Shown here piece by piece: positions 36,422 to 46,136 of a stretch of DNA of 64,000 bases (the stretch's first letter is position 1; each line of letters starts with the position of its first letter). Source of the stretch: an uncultured Candidatus Bathyarchaeia archaeon. GTDB lineage: Archaea; Thermoproteota; Bathyarchaeia; Bathyarchaeales; DTEX01. The notes under the pieces are model-generated. The model saw nothing but the letters and a program-made list of their open reading frames with translations. It had not been told where the DNA came from and ran no database searches. The stretch is taken from positions 1,170-65,169 of the forward strand of contig CAZELO010000008.1 in the NCBI GenBank assembly GCA_964513245.1, read 5' to 3'. A program made the translations under genes and the position numbers.

Positions 36422-37630
36422 CTAGCAGACTGGGATTTTTCCGTCTGCCAGGTCTGTGCAGAATCTGCGGATGTCTGCCAGTTCTTTGTCAACGGTTTCT
36501 TCAGCGTCTTTCTGCAATGTCTTGAATTGCACTCCGTTTTCGGGTATGATTTGCACAACTGCGATGGCTGGCTGGTCTATGGGTTTGCCGATTTTGCTCA
36601 GCATCCAGACGTAGACTTCTTTGATGCCTGACACCTGTTTGTGCAGTTCATCGGCAACCCTGAAGGTAAGCAGGTTATATATTTTGCCGACATGGCTGAC
36701 AGGGTTCTTCCCAGCCGCGGCCTCTGAACATTGTGGCCTGTTGAGCGATATTACGCCGTTGACGCGGTTCCCTCTGCCTATCTGCCCCGAGTCCGCCCCG
36801 TCTGCGCTGGTGCCGAGAACCGTTAGGTAAACGCCGTCTATGCCTCTGCCCGTTACGTCAAGAGTGTTCAGCTGTACATCGGTCTTCTCGAAACAGTTGT
36901 TCTCCTTAACGTATCGGCTTATGTCCTCGAGGGCTTCAGCCTTCTGCTTGAAATACTGGCTTTCGCTTTTGATGAAACGGTCAACATACGCCATTGAAAC
37001 CGTCAGGTCCAATTTGCTGCCCCGGCGGAGCCCCATGACCTTGATGTCCTCGCCGGTCTCGGGGAAACGCTTCTTGAATGCCTCAGAATTCAGATATTTT
37101 TCGGTGCTCAGCACGGCCCTTTCAGTTTTAGTCAGCGGTGCCCAGCCGACAGCTGCGGATGTATCGTTGGCGCCGAGCAGCTCGCCTCCTCTATCGAATA
37201 TGTCTTTGAGGGCTGAGGAGCCAGGCTGTATCTCAACCTGATATGCAATGTGCTTGTCTGGGTTCACGTACCTCAGATTCTTCTTCAGCCACCCCTTAGC
37301 CGTCTGGATGGCTATCTCGCCCACGGGGATCTCGATATCGTCAACTTTGAAGGTTGCCCTGTCCCCGAAGATTAGCTTCATGGGTTTTTTCACCGTGCCG
37401 CCGCCGAACTTTGTTTCGACCTCTCCTGCGACTAGAAGTGCCTTGTCAATGTTGTGGTGCATTATGGCTCCAACTTTGGCTCGATATTCGCTGCTGAGTT
37501 TGACCGAGACTTCGTTCATTATCGAGTCGCACATCGTGTCAGGGTGACCGAGACCTTTCCTTTCAACTATCTCGATCATCTGTTCTTCGAGAGGGACCTG
37601 ATTCAAAGGCGTAATGAGTATGTTCCGCAT
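36422..37630 (-). CDS. mat: archaeal-type S-adenosylmethionine synthetase
   Basis: IEIVERKGLGHPDTMCDSIMNEVS and overall length. The start is at ATG 37630 (MRNILITPL). Confidence 0.9.
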   Translation of the reverse strand: MRNILITPLNQVPLEEQMIEIVERKGLGHPDTMCDSIMNEVSVKLSSEYRAKVGAIMHHNIDKALLVAGEVETKFGGGTVKKPMKLIFGDRATFKVDDIEIPVGEIAIQTAKGWLKKNLRYVNPDKHIAYQVEIQPGSSALKDIFDRGGELLGANDTSAAVGWAPLTKTERAVLSTEKYLNSEAFKKRFPETGEDIKVMGLRRGSKLDLTVSMAYVDRFIKSESQYFKQKAEALEDISRYVKENNCFEKTDVQLNTLDVTGRGIDGVYLTVLGTSADGADSGQIGRGNRVNGVISLNRPQCSEAAAGKNPVSHVGKIYNLLTFRVADELHKQVSGIKEVYVWMLSKIGKPIDQPAIAVVQIIPENGVQFKTLQKDAEETVDKELADIRRFCTDLADGKIPVC

Positions 37631-37788
37631 GAAACATCGCCACTTTTTATTTCGTAGCATTATGAAGAAACCCGTTATATAGGTTACGGTATAATCTCCC
37701 TAGAAAAAATGTATTGTTTTATATACAGAAGAATTAAATACTGTACATAGAAACTATAATACATAAAAAATAACCAGAGGTTATCCCA

Positions 37789-38349
37789 TTGGCGATCAGA
37801 GGCTCATCACTGAAGAAGATGCGGACCGAGGTGGGGCTAACCCAGAGCCAACTGGCAAGCATGGCAGGCGTCTCACAGGCACACATCGCAAAGATTGAAA
37901 ACGAAAAAGTCGACCCACGGCTATCCACAGTCAACAGAATCCTCCTGATACTCGCCGCCGGCGGAGGAAAAAAATGCAGCGAGATCATGACCAAAGGCGT
38001 AATCACCGTTGCTCCTGAAGACAGGGTCCGAAAGGCAAGCGAACTCATGATGGAACACGCGATATCCCAGCTGCCCGTAGTTGAGGGAAAAAAGGTTGTC
38101 GGGATGATCACCGAGGAAGGCATTGTGCGCAACCTTAACCCGGATGTGGCAGACGACCGCGTTGAGAAGATCATGGAACCGCCTCTGCCCAGCGTCCCGG
38201 ACGACACGGAAATAAGCGCAATAAAGCCGTTGCTTGGAACCTATTCCGGCGTGCTGGTCACGAGAAAAGGCGAACTCGTGGGAATCATAACGCGCTCCGA
38301 CCTGTTGAAGGTCATTTCAAACATACTAGCAAACACAACAAATATCTAG
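37789..38349 (+). CDS. XRE-type HTH plus CBS-pair domain regulator
   Basis: GLTQSQLASMAGVSQAHIAKIENEK, followed by two CBS motifs. Confidence 0.8.
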   Translation: MAIRGSSLKKMRTEVGLTQSQLASMAGVSQAHIAKIENEKVDPRLSTVNRILLILAAGGGKKCSEIMTKGVITVAPEDRVRKASELMMEHAISQLPVVEGKKVVGMITEEGIVRNLNPDVADDRVEKIMEPPLPSVPDDTEISAIKPLLGTYSGVLVTRKGELVGIITRSDLLKVISNILANTTNI

Positions 38350-38543
38350 CATTCTTGCGCGGTTAGGCTGCAATGAAATAGGTGCCAAAGTAAACGAATC
38401 AACGGGAAATTGGCTCAGTTTTTAGCCCTAGAGCAGATTGAGATATCGACGGGGTAGGGTTCAACATAACGTTTATAACCTATTCTTTTCATTGAGAAGA
38501 AAGAAGCGTAAAGCAAGAAAAATTAAAAGAGGTTTGAAGACCG

Positions 38544-39554
38544 GTGGGCCACAGGAAGAAGCATGCTCCAAAAAGAGGCTCCTTAGCCTATCTGCCTAGG
38601 GGGCGAGCTGCGCACCCGAACGGGAGAGTAAGGTTCTGGCCCGAGGTTACAGGCAGCCCAGTTCTGCTGGGTTTCGCCGGTTACAAGGCAGGTATGACAC
38701 ATGTCCTGGCGATCGAGGATAGACAAGGTTCTCCCAACTTCGGGAAGGAGATCATCTATCCGGTCACAATTGTGGACACGCCGCCGATGTACATATGCGC
38801 AGTTCGAGCCTACACGAAAGATGAAGATGGATTAAAAACACTCACAGAGGCATGGGCTAGCCAGCTGCCAAAAGACTTTGAAAGGATCACGGGAGCTCCG
38901 AAGCAGCCGAACCCAGAGGAAAACCTGAAAGTGATTGAGGAAACCCTAGACCGCATAGTTGAGTTCCGGGTCTCAGCAGTCACCCAGCCACGCTCGACAG
39001 GAGTCCCAAAGAAGAAACCTGATATCATGGAGATCAAGGTCGGCGGCGACTCGACAAAAGATCAATTTGAATACATCAAGGGAATCATGGGCAAAAACGT
39101 GTCAGCCGAAGACATATTCAAAGGAGGACAGTTCATAGACATAATTTCGGTTTCCAAGGGCAAGGGCGTTCAAGGACCCGTCAAAAGATGGGGCGTAAGG
39201 ATTCTACAGAACAAGGGTCGAAAGACAAAACGCGGCATCGCTACGCTGGGAGCATGGGGTCCCGGCAGAATCCTTTATACAGTGCCTAGAATGGGACAGA
39301 TGGGCTATCACCAAAGAACAGAATTCAACAAACGCATTATGAAAATCGGCAACAACGGAACCGATGTTACACCCAAAGGCGGATTCCTGCGGTACGGATT
39401 GGTGAGAGGATCCTACGTCATGGTAAGTGGAAGCATACCTGGCCCAGCGAAACGCATGATCAAGATGCGTTATCCAGCGCGCCCGCCGAAGAAGGCAAGC
39501 GATGAACCGCCACAGATCATATCTGTGTCGCTCGAGTCACCCCAAGGTGTATGA
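38544..39554 (+). CDS. rpl3: 50S ribosomal protein L3 (uL3)
   Basis: HRKKHAPKRGSLAYLPRGRA ... FAGYKAGMTHV. Confidence 0.9.
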   Translation: MGHRKKHAPKRGSLAYLPRGRAAHPNGRVRFWPEVTGSPVLLGFAGYKAGMTHVLAIEDRQGSPNFGKEIIYPVTIVDTPPMYICAVRAYTKDEDGLKTLTEAWASQLPKDFERITGAPKQPNPEENLKVIEETLDRIVEFRVSAVTQPRSTGVPKKKPDIMEIKVGGDSTKDQFEYIKGIMGKNVSAEDIFKGGQFIDIISVSKGKGVQGPVKRWGVRILQNKGRKTKRGIATLGAWGPGRILYTVPRMGQMGYHQRTEFNKRIMKIGNNGTDVTPKGGFLRYGLVRGSYVMVSGSIPGPAKRMIKMRYPARPPKKASDEPPQIISVSLESPQGV

Positions 39555-39574
39555 TAAAGAGAGAGGGAAAGATT

Positions 39575-40354
39575 ATGGCAAAGGTATCCGCTAAAATCTA
39601 CAATCTCAAAGGGAAATCAGTTGGACGGGTACGTCTCCCGAAAGTCTTCAACACACCGCTGAGACCAGACGTCATAAAGCGCGCTGTAGTCGCCATTCAG
39701 TCTCACAAAGTCCAGCCGCAAGGCAGAAATGCGATGTCTGGCAAGAGGACGACAGCTGAATCGTGGGGCGTAGGGCACGGCATGTCCAGAATGCCAAGGC
39801 TCAGCGGGTTCAACAGGGCTGCATTCGCGCCCGGAACAGTGGGTGGCAGACTGGCGCACCCTCCGCTTGAAGGGAAGAAGATCGTTAAGAAGATTACGAA
39901 GAAAGAGAAACGCTTGGCTCTGCTGTCAGTGGTAGCCGCGACAGGCTCGAAAGACGCCGTTGTGGTTCGGGGTCACGCGGCTGACGATGTACCTGATTTT
40001 CCCTTGGTTGTTGTTGACGACATACAAGGGTTGAAGAAAACTGAAGAACTAAAAGATGTCCTAGTCAGCCTAGGCGTATGGCCAGATATCTGCAGGGTCA
40101 AGGAAAGCACAAAAATACGTGCTGGGAAAGGAAAAATGCGTGGCAGAAGAAGAAAACGGGCTGTCGGACCACTCATCGTGATTTCGAAGGACGACGGCAT
40201 CACTGCTGCCGCTCACAACCTTTCAGGCGTAGATGTCTCTCACGTTAAGGAATTGAATGTTGAACTTCTGGCCCCAGGGACTCATCCGGGGAGACTCACG
40301 GTTTGGACGAACTCAAGCATTAAGAGCCTAAATGAACTGAGTGGAGTGGACTGA
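39575..40354 (+). CDS. rpl4: 50S ribosomal protein L4 (uL4)
   Basis: Cluster order, with QPQGRNAMSGKRTTAESWGVGHGMSRMPR. The start is ATG 39575. Confidence 0.9.
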   Translation: MAKVSAKIYNLKGKSVGRVRLPKVFNTPLRPDVIKRAVVAIQSHKVQPQGRNAMSGKRTTAESWGVGHGMSRMPRLSGFNRAAFAPGTVGGRLAHPPLEGKKIVKKITKKEKRLALLSVVAATGSKDAVVVRGHAADDVPDFPLVVVDDIQGLKKTEELKDVLVSLGVWPDICRVKESTKIRAGKGKMRGRRRKRAVGPLIVISKDDGITAAAHNLSGVDVSHVKELNVELLAPGTHPGRLTVWTNSSIKSLNELSGVD

Positions 40355-40358
40355 AACA

Positions 40359-40619
40359 ATGAAACTGCAAGAGATCATACTCTTTCCGCTTATGACTGAA
40401 GTTACCAGTCGACTCGTCGAGAGCGAGAACAAGCTTGTCTTCGTAGTTAACATGAAGGCCAAAAAAGGCGACGTAAAAAGAGCTGTAGAAGAACTGTATC
40501 AGGTCAAGGTTAGCCACGTCAACACAGTGATCACCAGTAACGGAGAAAAGAAAGCCTTCGTGAAGCTCTATCCAGAGTACAGCGCAACGGATATAGCAAT
40601 CAAACTTGGCATATTGTAG
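40359..40619 (+). CDS. rpl23: 50S ribosomal protein L23 (uL23)
   Basis: ILFPLMTEVTSRLVESENKLVFVVNMKAKKGDVKRAVEELY. Confidence 0.9.
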   Translation: MKLQEIILFPLMTEVTSRLVESENKLVFVVNMKAKKGDVKRAVEELYQVKVSHVNTVITSNGEKKAFVKLYPEYSATDIAIKLGIL

Positions 40620-40636
40620 GCAAGGAGAATAGGAGA

Positions 40637-41365
40637 ATGGGCAAGAGAATACGTGTGCAGAGACGGGGAAGAGGAACCTCAACTTTCCGAGCTTCAACAC
40701 ACAAACGGGTGGCACCAACAAAATATCCAGTCATACCGAAAGAGAAGCCAGCAGACGTACTCAGCGGACAAATCCTCGAACTATTGCATGAACCAGGTCG
40801 AGGTTCGCCTCTGGCTTGCATTGAGCTGGAGAACGGCGCAACATACTATTCAGTGGTCCCTGAAGGAGTCCATGAAGGACAGGTAATAGAGTTCGGTGAC
40901 AAAGCATCGATGAAGATAGGCAATGTTATTCCTGTCGGGAAGATCCCAGAAGGAACCATGGTTTGCAACGTTGAACTTGCCCCTGCTGACGGCGGGAAGT
41001 TAGCCCGATCATCCGGCTCCTACGTCATGGTGGTCTCCCATACGCCTGACGGTACAATACTGAAGCTTCCCTCAGGCAAGACCCGTTACGTTAACGACCT
41101 TTGTCTGGCAACTGTTGGCATAGTCGCCGCGACCGCCCGAATCGAGAAACCCTTCGTTAAGGCAGGCACAAAATACCATATGTTCAAGGCAAAGGGACAC
41201 AAGTACCCCAGAACGCGTGGCAGGGCAATGATAGCCGCGGTACATCCCTTTGGAAGCGGCAGAAGGGGCGCACGCAAAGTTACAACCGTCTCGCACGGTG
41301 CACCTCCAGGCAAGAAGGTAGGGCTTATCTCGGCAAGAAGAACTGGGCGCAAGAAGAGAAAGTGA
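40637..41365 (+). CDS. rpl2: 50S ribosomal protein L2 (uL2)
   Basis: MGKRIRVQRRGRG ... AMIAAVHPFGSG. Confidence 0.9.
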   Translation: MGKRIRVQRRGRGTSTFRASTHKRVAPTKYPVIPKEKPADVLSGQILELLHEPGRGSPLACIELENGATYYSVVPEGVHEGQVIEFGDKASMKIGNVIPVGKIPEGTMVCNVELAPADGGKLARSSGSYVMVVSHTPDGTILKLPSGKTRYVNDLCLATVGIVAATARIEKPFVKAGTKYHMFKAKGHKYPRTRGRAMIAAVHPFGSGRRGARKVTTVSHGAPPGKKVGLISARRTGRKKRK

Positions 41366-41440
41366 CAACAACATTCGCCATTTGATGTTGGTAGCAATAT
41401 TTAATAGGTGCTCATGGTTTGGATTAGGTCTGGTGGTTGA

Positions 41441-41848
41441 ATGCCGAAGGAGTTCAAGTTTCGCGGCTATACGCTGGAGAAGCTCCAAAATGTTTCGATG
41501 GACCAATTCATAGAGCTGCTTCCATCACGCCAGCGTAGAAGCCTCAGACGGGGGCTTACCGTGGAACAGAGGAAGCTCCTCGAGAACCTTCGGGCCTACA
41601 AGGAACTCACGGCAAGTGGGGAACAGGTGAAACCCGTCAGAACTCATGTCAGAGACATGATCATATTGCCAGAGATGGTTGGCGTGCTGATTCAGGTGCA
41701 CAACGGCAAAGAATTCGTATCTGTAACCATACAGCCCGAGATGGTCGGTCATTATCTAGGCGAGTTCGTCATAACAAATAGACCCGTGAAACACGGAACT
41801 CCCGGAATCGGAGCCAGCCGCAGCAGCATGTATGTTCCCCTGAAATAG
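41441..41848 (+). CDS. rps19: 30S ribosomal protein S19 (uS19)
   Basis: [34 protein letters not shown]. Confidence 0.9.
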   Translation: MPKEFKFRGYTLEKLQNVSMDQFIELLPSRQRRSLRRGLTVEQRKLLENLRAYKELTASGEQVKPVRTHVRDMIILPEMVGVLIQVHNGKEFVSVTIQPEMVGHYLGEFVITNRPVKHGTPGIGASRSSMYVPLK

Positions 41849-41932
41849 GCGGTTCACGGCTCTTCTAGGATTACACAAGGTATTGTTTGGAAAGGTTTTA
41901 GTGCCTTCCGATGCATACAGTCATCTGAAGGT

Positions 41933-42469
41933 ATGCGCAAAGTGGAGAAGCACATAAACATCGTTGTGTATCATGCCCGACAATGCGACCCAAAAAAGTG
42001 TTCAGCCCTGAGACTAAAACGTCGCGGGCTGGCTCGAATAGTGCAACGAATCAAGTGGCTACCTAAGGGCGCGGTTGTGCTTAATCCGCTGTCTGAAATC
42101 GCCCTTTCCCCGGCTGACAGGGAACGCATTCAGAATCGTGGTTTGGCAGCGTTGGATTTCAGCTGGGAATATGCCGACGAGGCGTTGTTGAAGAACTTGC
42201 GGCGTGGGTCCAGATGTCTCCCATATCTGATTGCTGGAAACCCGGTCAACTATGGAGTGCCGACCAAGCTGAGCACAGTTGAGGCATTAGCCGCTGCCTT
42301 ATACATAGTGGGATTTGGGGAAGAAGCCGAACGCCTGCTCTCAGCCTTTAAGTGGGGTCACACCTTCATCGAAATAAACAGAGAGAGACTGGAAAAATAT
42401 GCGACGGCAAAGAACAGCACAGAGATCGTGGAGATGCAGGATGAATTCATCCGAGGCACTGGGAAATAA
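41933..42469 (+). CDS. tsr3: 16S rRNA aminocarboxypropyltransferase Tsr3 (DUF367)
   Basis: CDPKKCSALRL ... LDFSWEY ... RCLPYLIAGNPVNYGVPTKLSTVEALAAALYIVGF. Confidence 0.8.
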   Translation: MRKVEKHINIVVYHARQCDPKKCSALRLKRRGLARIVQRIKWLPKGAVVLNPLSEIALSPADRERIQNRGLAALDFSWEYADEALLKNLRRGSRCLPYLIAGNPVNYGVPTKLSTVEALAAALYIVGFGEEAERLLSAFKWGHTFIEINRERLEKYATAKNSTEIVEMQDEFIRGTGK

Positions 42470-42481
42470 TGAGATGCGAGG

Positions 42482-44449
42482 TCACATCCGTTCAGGCGCT
42501 TCTATTCCAATCATGCCAAAGGAATTTCGCAACGTAATTCTGACGGCGTCAACAAGCAAGAGCCTCGCATCGCTCAGTTCAGGCGTCTCCGCTTTGAGCA
42601 CGGGCAATGCCGCGTAGAATGTGTTAAATTTGTCTGCTAAGGCATTCGCGAAGTCAGCGAGGACGCTGGGCTTAAGGTTCTCAGCCACATCGACAAATAT
42701 CTCAGGGAAGCGGGAGACCATCATAACCAAGTCATGCTCCAAGGGTTCCTTCAAAAGGGAGCAGTCAACTTCAGCGGGCTGTCTGTCTGCTTTTCGCAGG
42801 ATGCTGCAGGCTCTGGCGTGGGAGTATTGGATGTATGGTCCGCTGTTCCGCTCTAGGTTTATGACACGGTCCCACGTGAAGACGACGGGCTTGAGCGGCT
42901 CAGTTTCGATGAGGGCATATTTGACCGCGCCCACGCCGACGACCTCGGAGATTCTCCGCTTCTCGTCCTCTTTAAGATTTGGCGAGTGCTTTGAAACCTC
43001 TTCGTATGCTCTTGCCACGGCTTCGTCCATGACCTCGTCGAAGGTTACGTAGCGGCCTCTTCTTCCTGACATGCGGTAACTGGACAGGCTGACATGGTTG
43101 TAGGTGTAATGGGTCAGTCTTTTCGTCTCTTCGATGTAGCCTAAAGCGCAGAGTGCTAGCTTCAATTGCAGCTGGGACAGATTTTGTTCCATGCCTATGA
43201 CGTTGATGAACTTGTCTGCCCTCTTGAACTTCCAGACGCTGTAGGCTATGTCCCGCGTCGTATACAAAGTCGTCCCGTCCGATCTACCCAAAGTCAAAGA
43301 CGGAATCTCATAATCTTTCTTTATGCCGAATATCTCTTTGAGACCAAGCGTCTGAGCAGCTTTCTCAGCGTCGAATTCCAGAACCTCGCCTTCTTGGAAT
43401 ACGTAAGGCGACTTCTTCAAAGCATTCAGGAAGCGGGTTACATCGCGGTTCCAGATGAAATCACTCTCCCAATCCCAAGAGTCAAACAAGATTCCGGCTC
43501 TCGCCAGAGTCTGCTTGAACCCTTCTAGGCACAGCTGTGAGACCTCGCGGATCAGCCGTTTGGCTTCTTCTTTGTTCGCCTCGTATTCTTGCATCAAGAG
43601 GCTTATCTCTAGTTCCGGGTTCTCCGTCTTGTCCATTGCTTCGAGGAGCTGGTTGAAAAGTTCGGGATATTTTTCTATGAATTCAGCTGCTATTGCGATC
43701 CATTCGTCCAATTCTCTTCGAAGATTTCGGGTATCTTCGTCTTCCAGCTCGTATCGTCTTTGCGCGATCATCTTTTTGAGTTTGCGGATTTCCAGCAGGC
43801 AGCTCGTAACTGTGTAGAGGGGACCTATGTAAGCGTCCGGTTTGCCCTCAGGTTTGGGTTTCCCAAGCAAGTAGTAGCCATAGGCGATTATGGCTGATTG
43901 GCGACCTACGTCATCGATGTAGTAGTGCCGAGAGACCGTGTGTCCTCTGGCTTTCAGGATGCGGGCTATAGAATCGCCTAATATGGAATTTCTAGCAGAC
44001 CCTATGTGGATGGGGCGGACCGGGTTGACGCTTGTGTGTTCAAGAATGATTCTTTTGGGTTCGCTGGTCTTCACAAGGCCGTATTCTGCATCCAAAGTCC
44101 TTGCGGAACTGAGTGCCAGCGAGGACAGCCCTGCAAAGTCAACATAGAAGTTGACATAGCCACCCACTGCCTTAACACGTTCGATCAGGGGAAACGAGGA
44201 CCTCTTCGTCTCAATGTTTTTCTCGATTTGCCGAGCGATTTCCAGCGGCTGCTTTCCTAATTGTTTGGCAATCTCGAAGCAAATCGAGGATGCTAGTTGC
44301 CCGAACTGTGGGTTCGAAGGTATACTCAGAGTGACAGATGCGATCGCCGTTTCGGGGTAGACTTTTTTCATTCCTTGCATAAGCAGTGTTTCGCATTGGC
44401 TTCTGAACTCGGCAAACGGGTTAACAGAGATTATTGGCAAGATGACCAC
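42482..44449 (-). CDS. argS: arginine--tRNA ligase
   Basis: HTSVNPVRPIHIGSARNSILGD (HIGH region), MSGRRG, and a C-terminal DALR-type anticodon-binding domain. Confidence 0.9.
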   Translation of the reverse strand: MVILPIISVNPFAEFRSQCETLLMQGMKKVYPETAIASVTLSIPSNPQFGQLASSICFEIAKQLGKQPLEIARQIEKNIETKRSSFPLIERVKAVGGYVNFYVDFAGLSSLALSSARTLDAEYGLVKTSEPKRIILEHTSVNPVRPIHIGSARNSILGDSIARILKARGHTVSRHYYIDDVGRQSAIIAYGYYLLGKPKPEGKPDAYIGPLYTVTSCLLEIRKLKKMIAQRRYELEDEDTRNLRRELDEWIAIAAEFIEKYPELFNQLLEAMDKTENPELEISLLMQEYEANKEEAKRLIREVSQLCLEGFKQTLARAGILFDSWDWESDFIWNRDVTRFLNALKKSPYVFQEGEVLEFDAEKAAQTLGLKEIFGIKKDYEIPSLTLGRSDGTTLYTTRDIAYSVWKFKRADKFINVIGMEQNLSQLQLKLALCALGYIEETKRLTHYTYNHVSLSSYRMSGRRGRYVTFDEVMDEAVARAYEEVSKHSPNLKEDEKRRISEVVGVGAVKYALIETEPLKPVVFTWDRVINLERNSGPYIQYSHARACSILRKADRQPAEVDCSLLKEPLEHDLVMMVSRFPEIFVDVAENLKPSVLADFANALADKFNTFYAALPVLKAETPELSDARLLLVDAVRITLRNSFGMIGIEAPERM

Positions 44450-44736
44450 ACGCCGCTTATTGGTTCTATTGCATCAAAACTATCAGTTTGCCCCATTTAT
44501 AAATTGCATCAAGGTCGGGCGCCTGAAGCCGGAAGAACGATAAGACTTTAAAGCGGTCATCGCAGTACTTTTGATCCATAGAACCAGAGAGGAACAAAAT
44601 GGAGCTGAACCGGGGCACGTTTGTGGTGGACATTTCAAAAAGCCCGCATGCGAAGCTGAAGCCCGTGGCTATCCAGAACGCGTGCGTGGCGGACTCTTTC
44701 CAAGTGTTAATCTGATTAGGGCGTGGTGTTGCGGCG

Positions 44737-45597
44737 ATGAAAGTGAACAGGGTTGCGGGGTTCGTGAGGCTTATTCGTCCGATCAATTGCGTAATGATGG
44801 GTTTCGCCGTTATTGTTGGCGCCTCGCTGGTCGTTGAGCCCTCAGCTCTAGCTGACGCTTTCGTTGCGCTCTTGCTGGGCTACGTCACTGCTTTTACGCT
44901 TGCGGGTGCTTCGATGGCTGTCAACGATTTTTATGACCGTGAGATCGACATGATCAATGCGCCTGACCACCCCATTCCAAGCGGCGCCGTGAAGCCAAAT
45001 GAGAGCCTAGTTTTCGCGGCGGTTCTGTCGATAGTCGGTCTTGCGGCGGCGGCTTTCACGACTCCGCTTTGCGTGTTAGTCGCCGCAGTCTCGTGGATCG
45101 TCTCGGTTTCCTATTCGACCCGTGGCAAGCGTACGGGGCTTCCGGGGAACCTTCTTGTAAGCGCCTGCGTTGCTATCCCATTCATTTATGGGAGCTTCGT
45201 CGTGGGGCAGAACCTGCAGCCCATCGTGGTCTTTTTTGCGGCTTTGGCTTTCATATCGAACACGGGCAGGGAGGTGACGAAGGGCATTGTAGACGTCGAA
45301 GGAGACAAAAGCAAGAAGATAAGGACCATCGCGGTCACCTGCGGCGGAAGAACCGCCTCCCGTGTTGCAGCGGGCTTCTTCTTGGCTGCGGTCTGCCTGA
45401 GCTTTTTGCCTCCGCTTCTGGGCATGGTCTCAGCGTGGTTCATACCTTTCGTAGCCGTAGCGGACGTGGGCTTCGCGGCGTCGTCGCTTATGCTGGTCCG
45501 TGACCCTTCGCGGGAGAATGCCCGGAGAACCAAGAAGCTCGTCTTGCTTTGGATGTTGCTGGGCTTGGTTGCTTTCGTGGCTGGAAACGTCAGATAG
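44737..45597 (+). CDS. UbiA family prenyltransferase, probable digeranylgeranylglyceryl phosphate synthase
   Basis: RLIRPINCVMMG and NDFYDREIDMINAPDHPIPSG motifs, with about 8 TM segments. Confidence 0.75.
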   Translation: MKVNRVAGFVRLIRPINCVMMGFAVIVGASLVVEPSALADAFVALLLGYVTAFTLAGASMAVNDFYDREIDMINAPDHPIPSGAVKPNESLVFAAVLSIVGLAAAAFTTPLCVLVAAVSWIVSVSYSTRGKRTGLPGNLLVSACVAIPFIYGSFVVGQNLQPIVVFFAALAFISNTGREVTKGIVDVEGDKSKKIRTIAVTCGGRTASRVAAGFFLAAVCLSFLPPLLGMVSAWFIPFVAVADVGFAASSLMLVRDPSRENARRTKKLVLLWMLLGLVAFVAGNVR

Positions 45598-45703
45598 AAT
45601 CTGGGAGACCCGCACGCGACAGGGAGATGGCACGGGGGGTGTTGTGTCTTGCCGCAAGAGTTAATTTAGAGCTCAAACACAAGATACGTGCAAAGAACGA
45701 AAA

Positions 45704-45808
45704 GCGGGGATCGCCAAGCCAGGTCAAAGGCGCAGAGCCAAACGGCGCGAACGCTTCAGGAGCCTGTCTCGCAGGAGTTCGTGGGTTCAAATCCCACTCC
45801 CCGCACCA
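45704..45808 (+). tRNA. tRNA-Leu (anticodon CAG) with a 17-nt intron (45736-45752) and genomically encoded CCA
   Basis: Hand fold gives acceptor GCGGGGA/TCCCCGC, a class II D-arm GCC-AAGCCAGGTCAAA-GGC, and anticodon stem CAG^GC/GCCTG once AGCCAAACGGCGCGAAC is removed. The loop is TTCAGGA, the variable arm TCTCGCAGGAGTTC and the T-arm GTGGG-TTCAAAT-CCCAC, followed by ACCA. Confidence 0.8.
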
Positions 45809-45993
45809 TCCCTAGATGTAGGCAAAATCATGCTTCTTTGGCGAAAACGTCGTAACATCTGTCACCACATCTGTCATGACACGATGGGTTGTGAATTCGC
45901 GGAATCTTTTAAACCCATTAGTTTTTACCCACTCTACTGTGTTGTTGTTGACTCAGTAACTTAATCGAGAGTAGAATCGATGAGAGGGATAAC

Positions 45994-46023
45994 GCGGTGC
46001 GGGTTCGAATGTCGTTCCCCGCG
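45994..46023 (+). other. degenerate tRNA 3'-end-like fragment
   Basis: gcggtgcGGGTTCGAATgtcgtTCCCCGCg mirrors the T-loop and 3' acceptor strand of the tRNA-Leu 190 nt upstream, but it cannot form a T-stem. Confidence 0.25.
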
Positions 46024-46136
46024 TCAAATTTCTCTTGAGAAAAAACATATCTGGTTACCCATTATGTTTATATATGCATAACGCTTAGTTTGTTTCAGCT
46101 TCAAGAAATTTGTGTTAAGCAGGGAGGCATAATCGC

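Noticed and set aside
37734-38207. 157-aa minus-strand ORF antisense to the HTH-CBS regulator.
   Set aside because: It is a Ser/Thr/Ile-rich shadow frame, and the sense frame has clear HTH and CBS motifs.
44466-44786. 106-aa minus-strand ORF between argS and the UbiA prenyltransferase.
   Set aside because: It overlaps the promoter region and the start of the UbiA gene. It has no motifs and is probably spurious.
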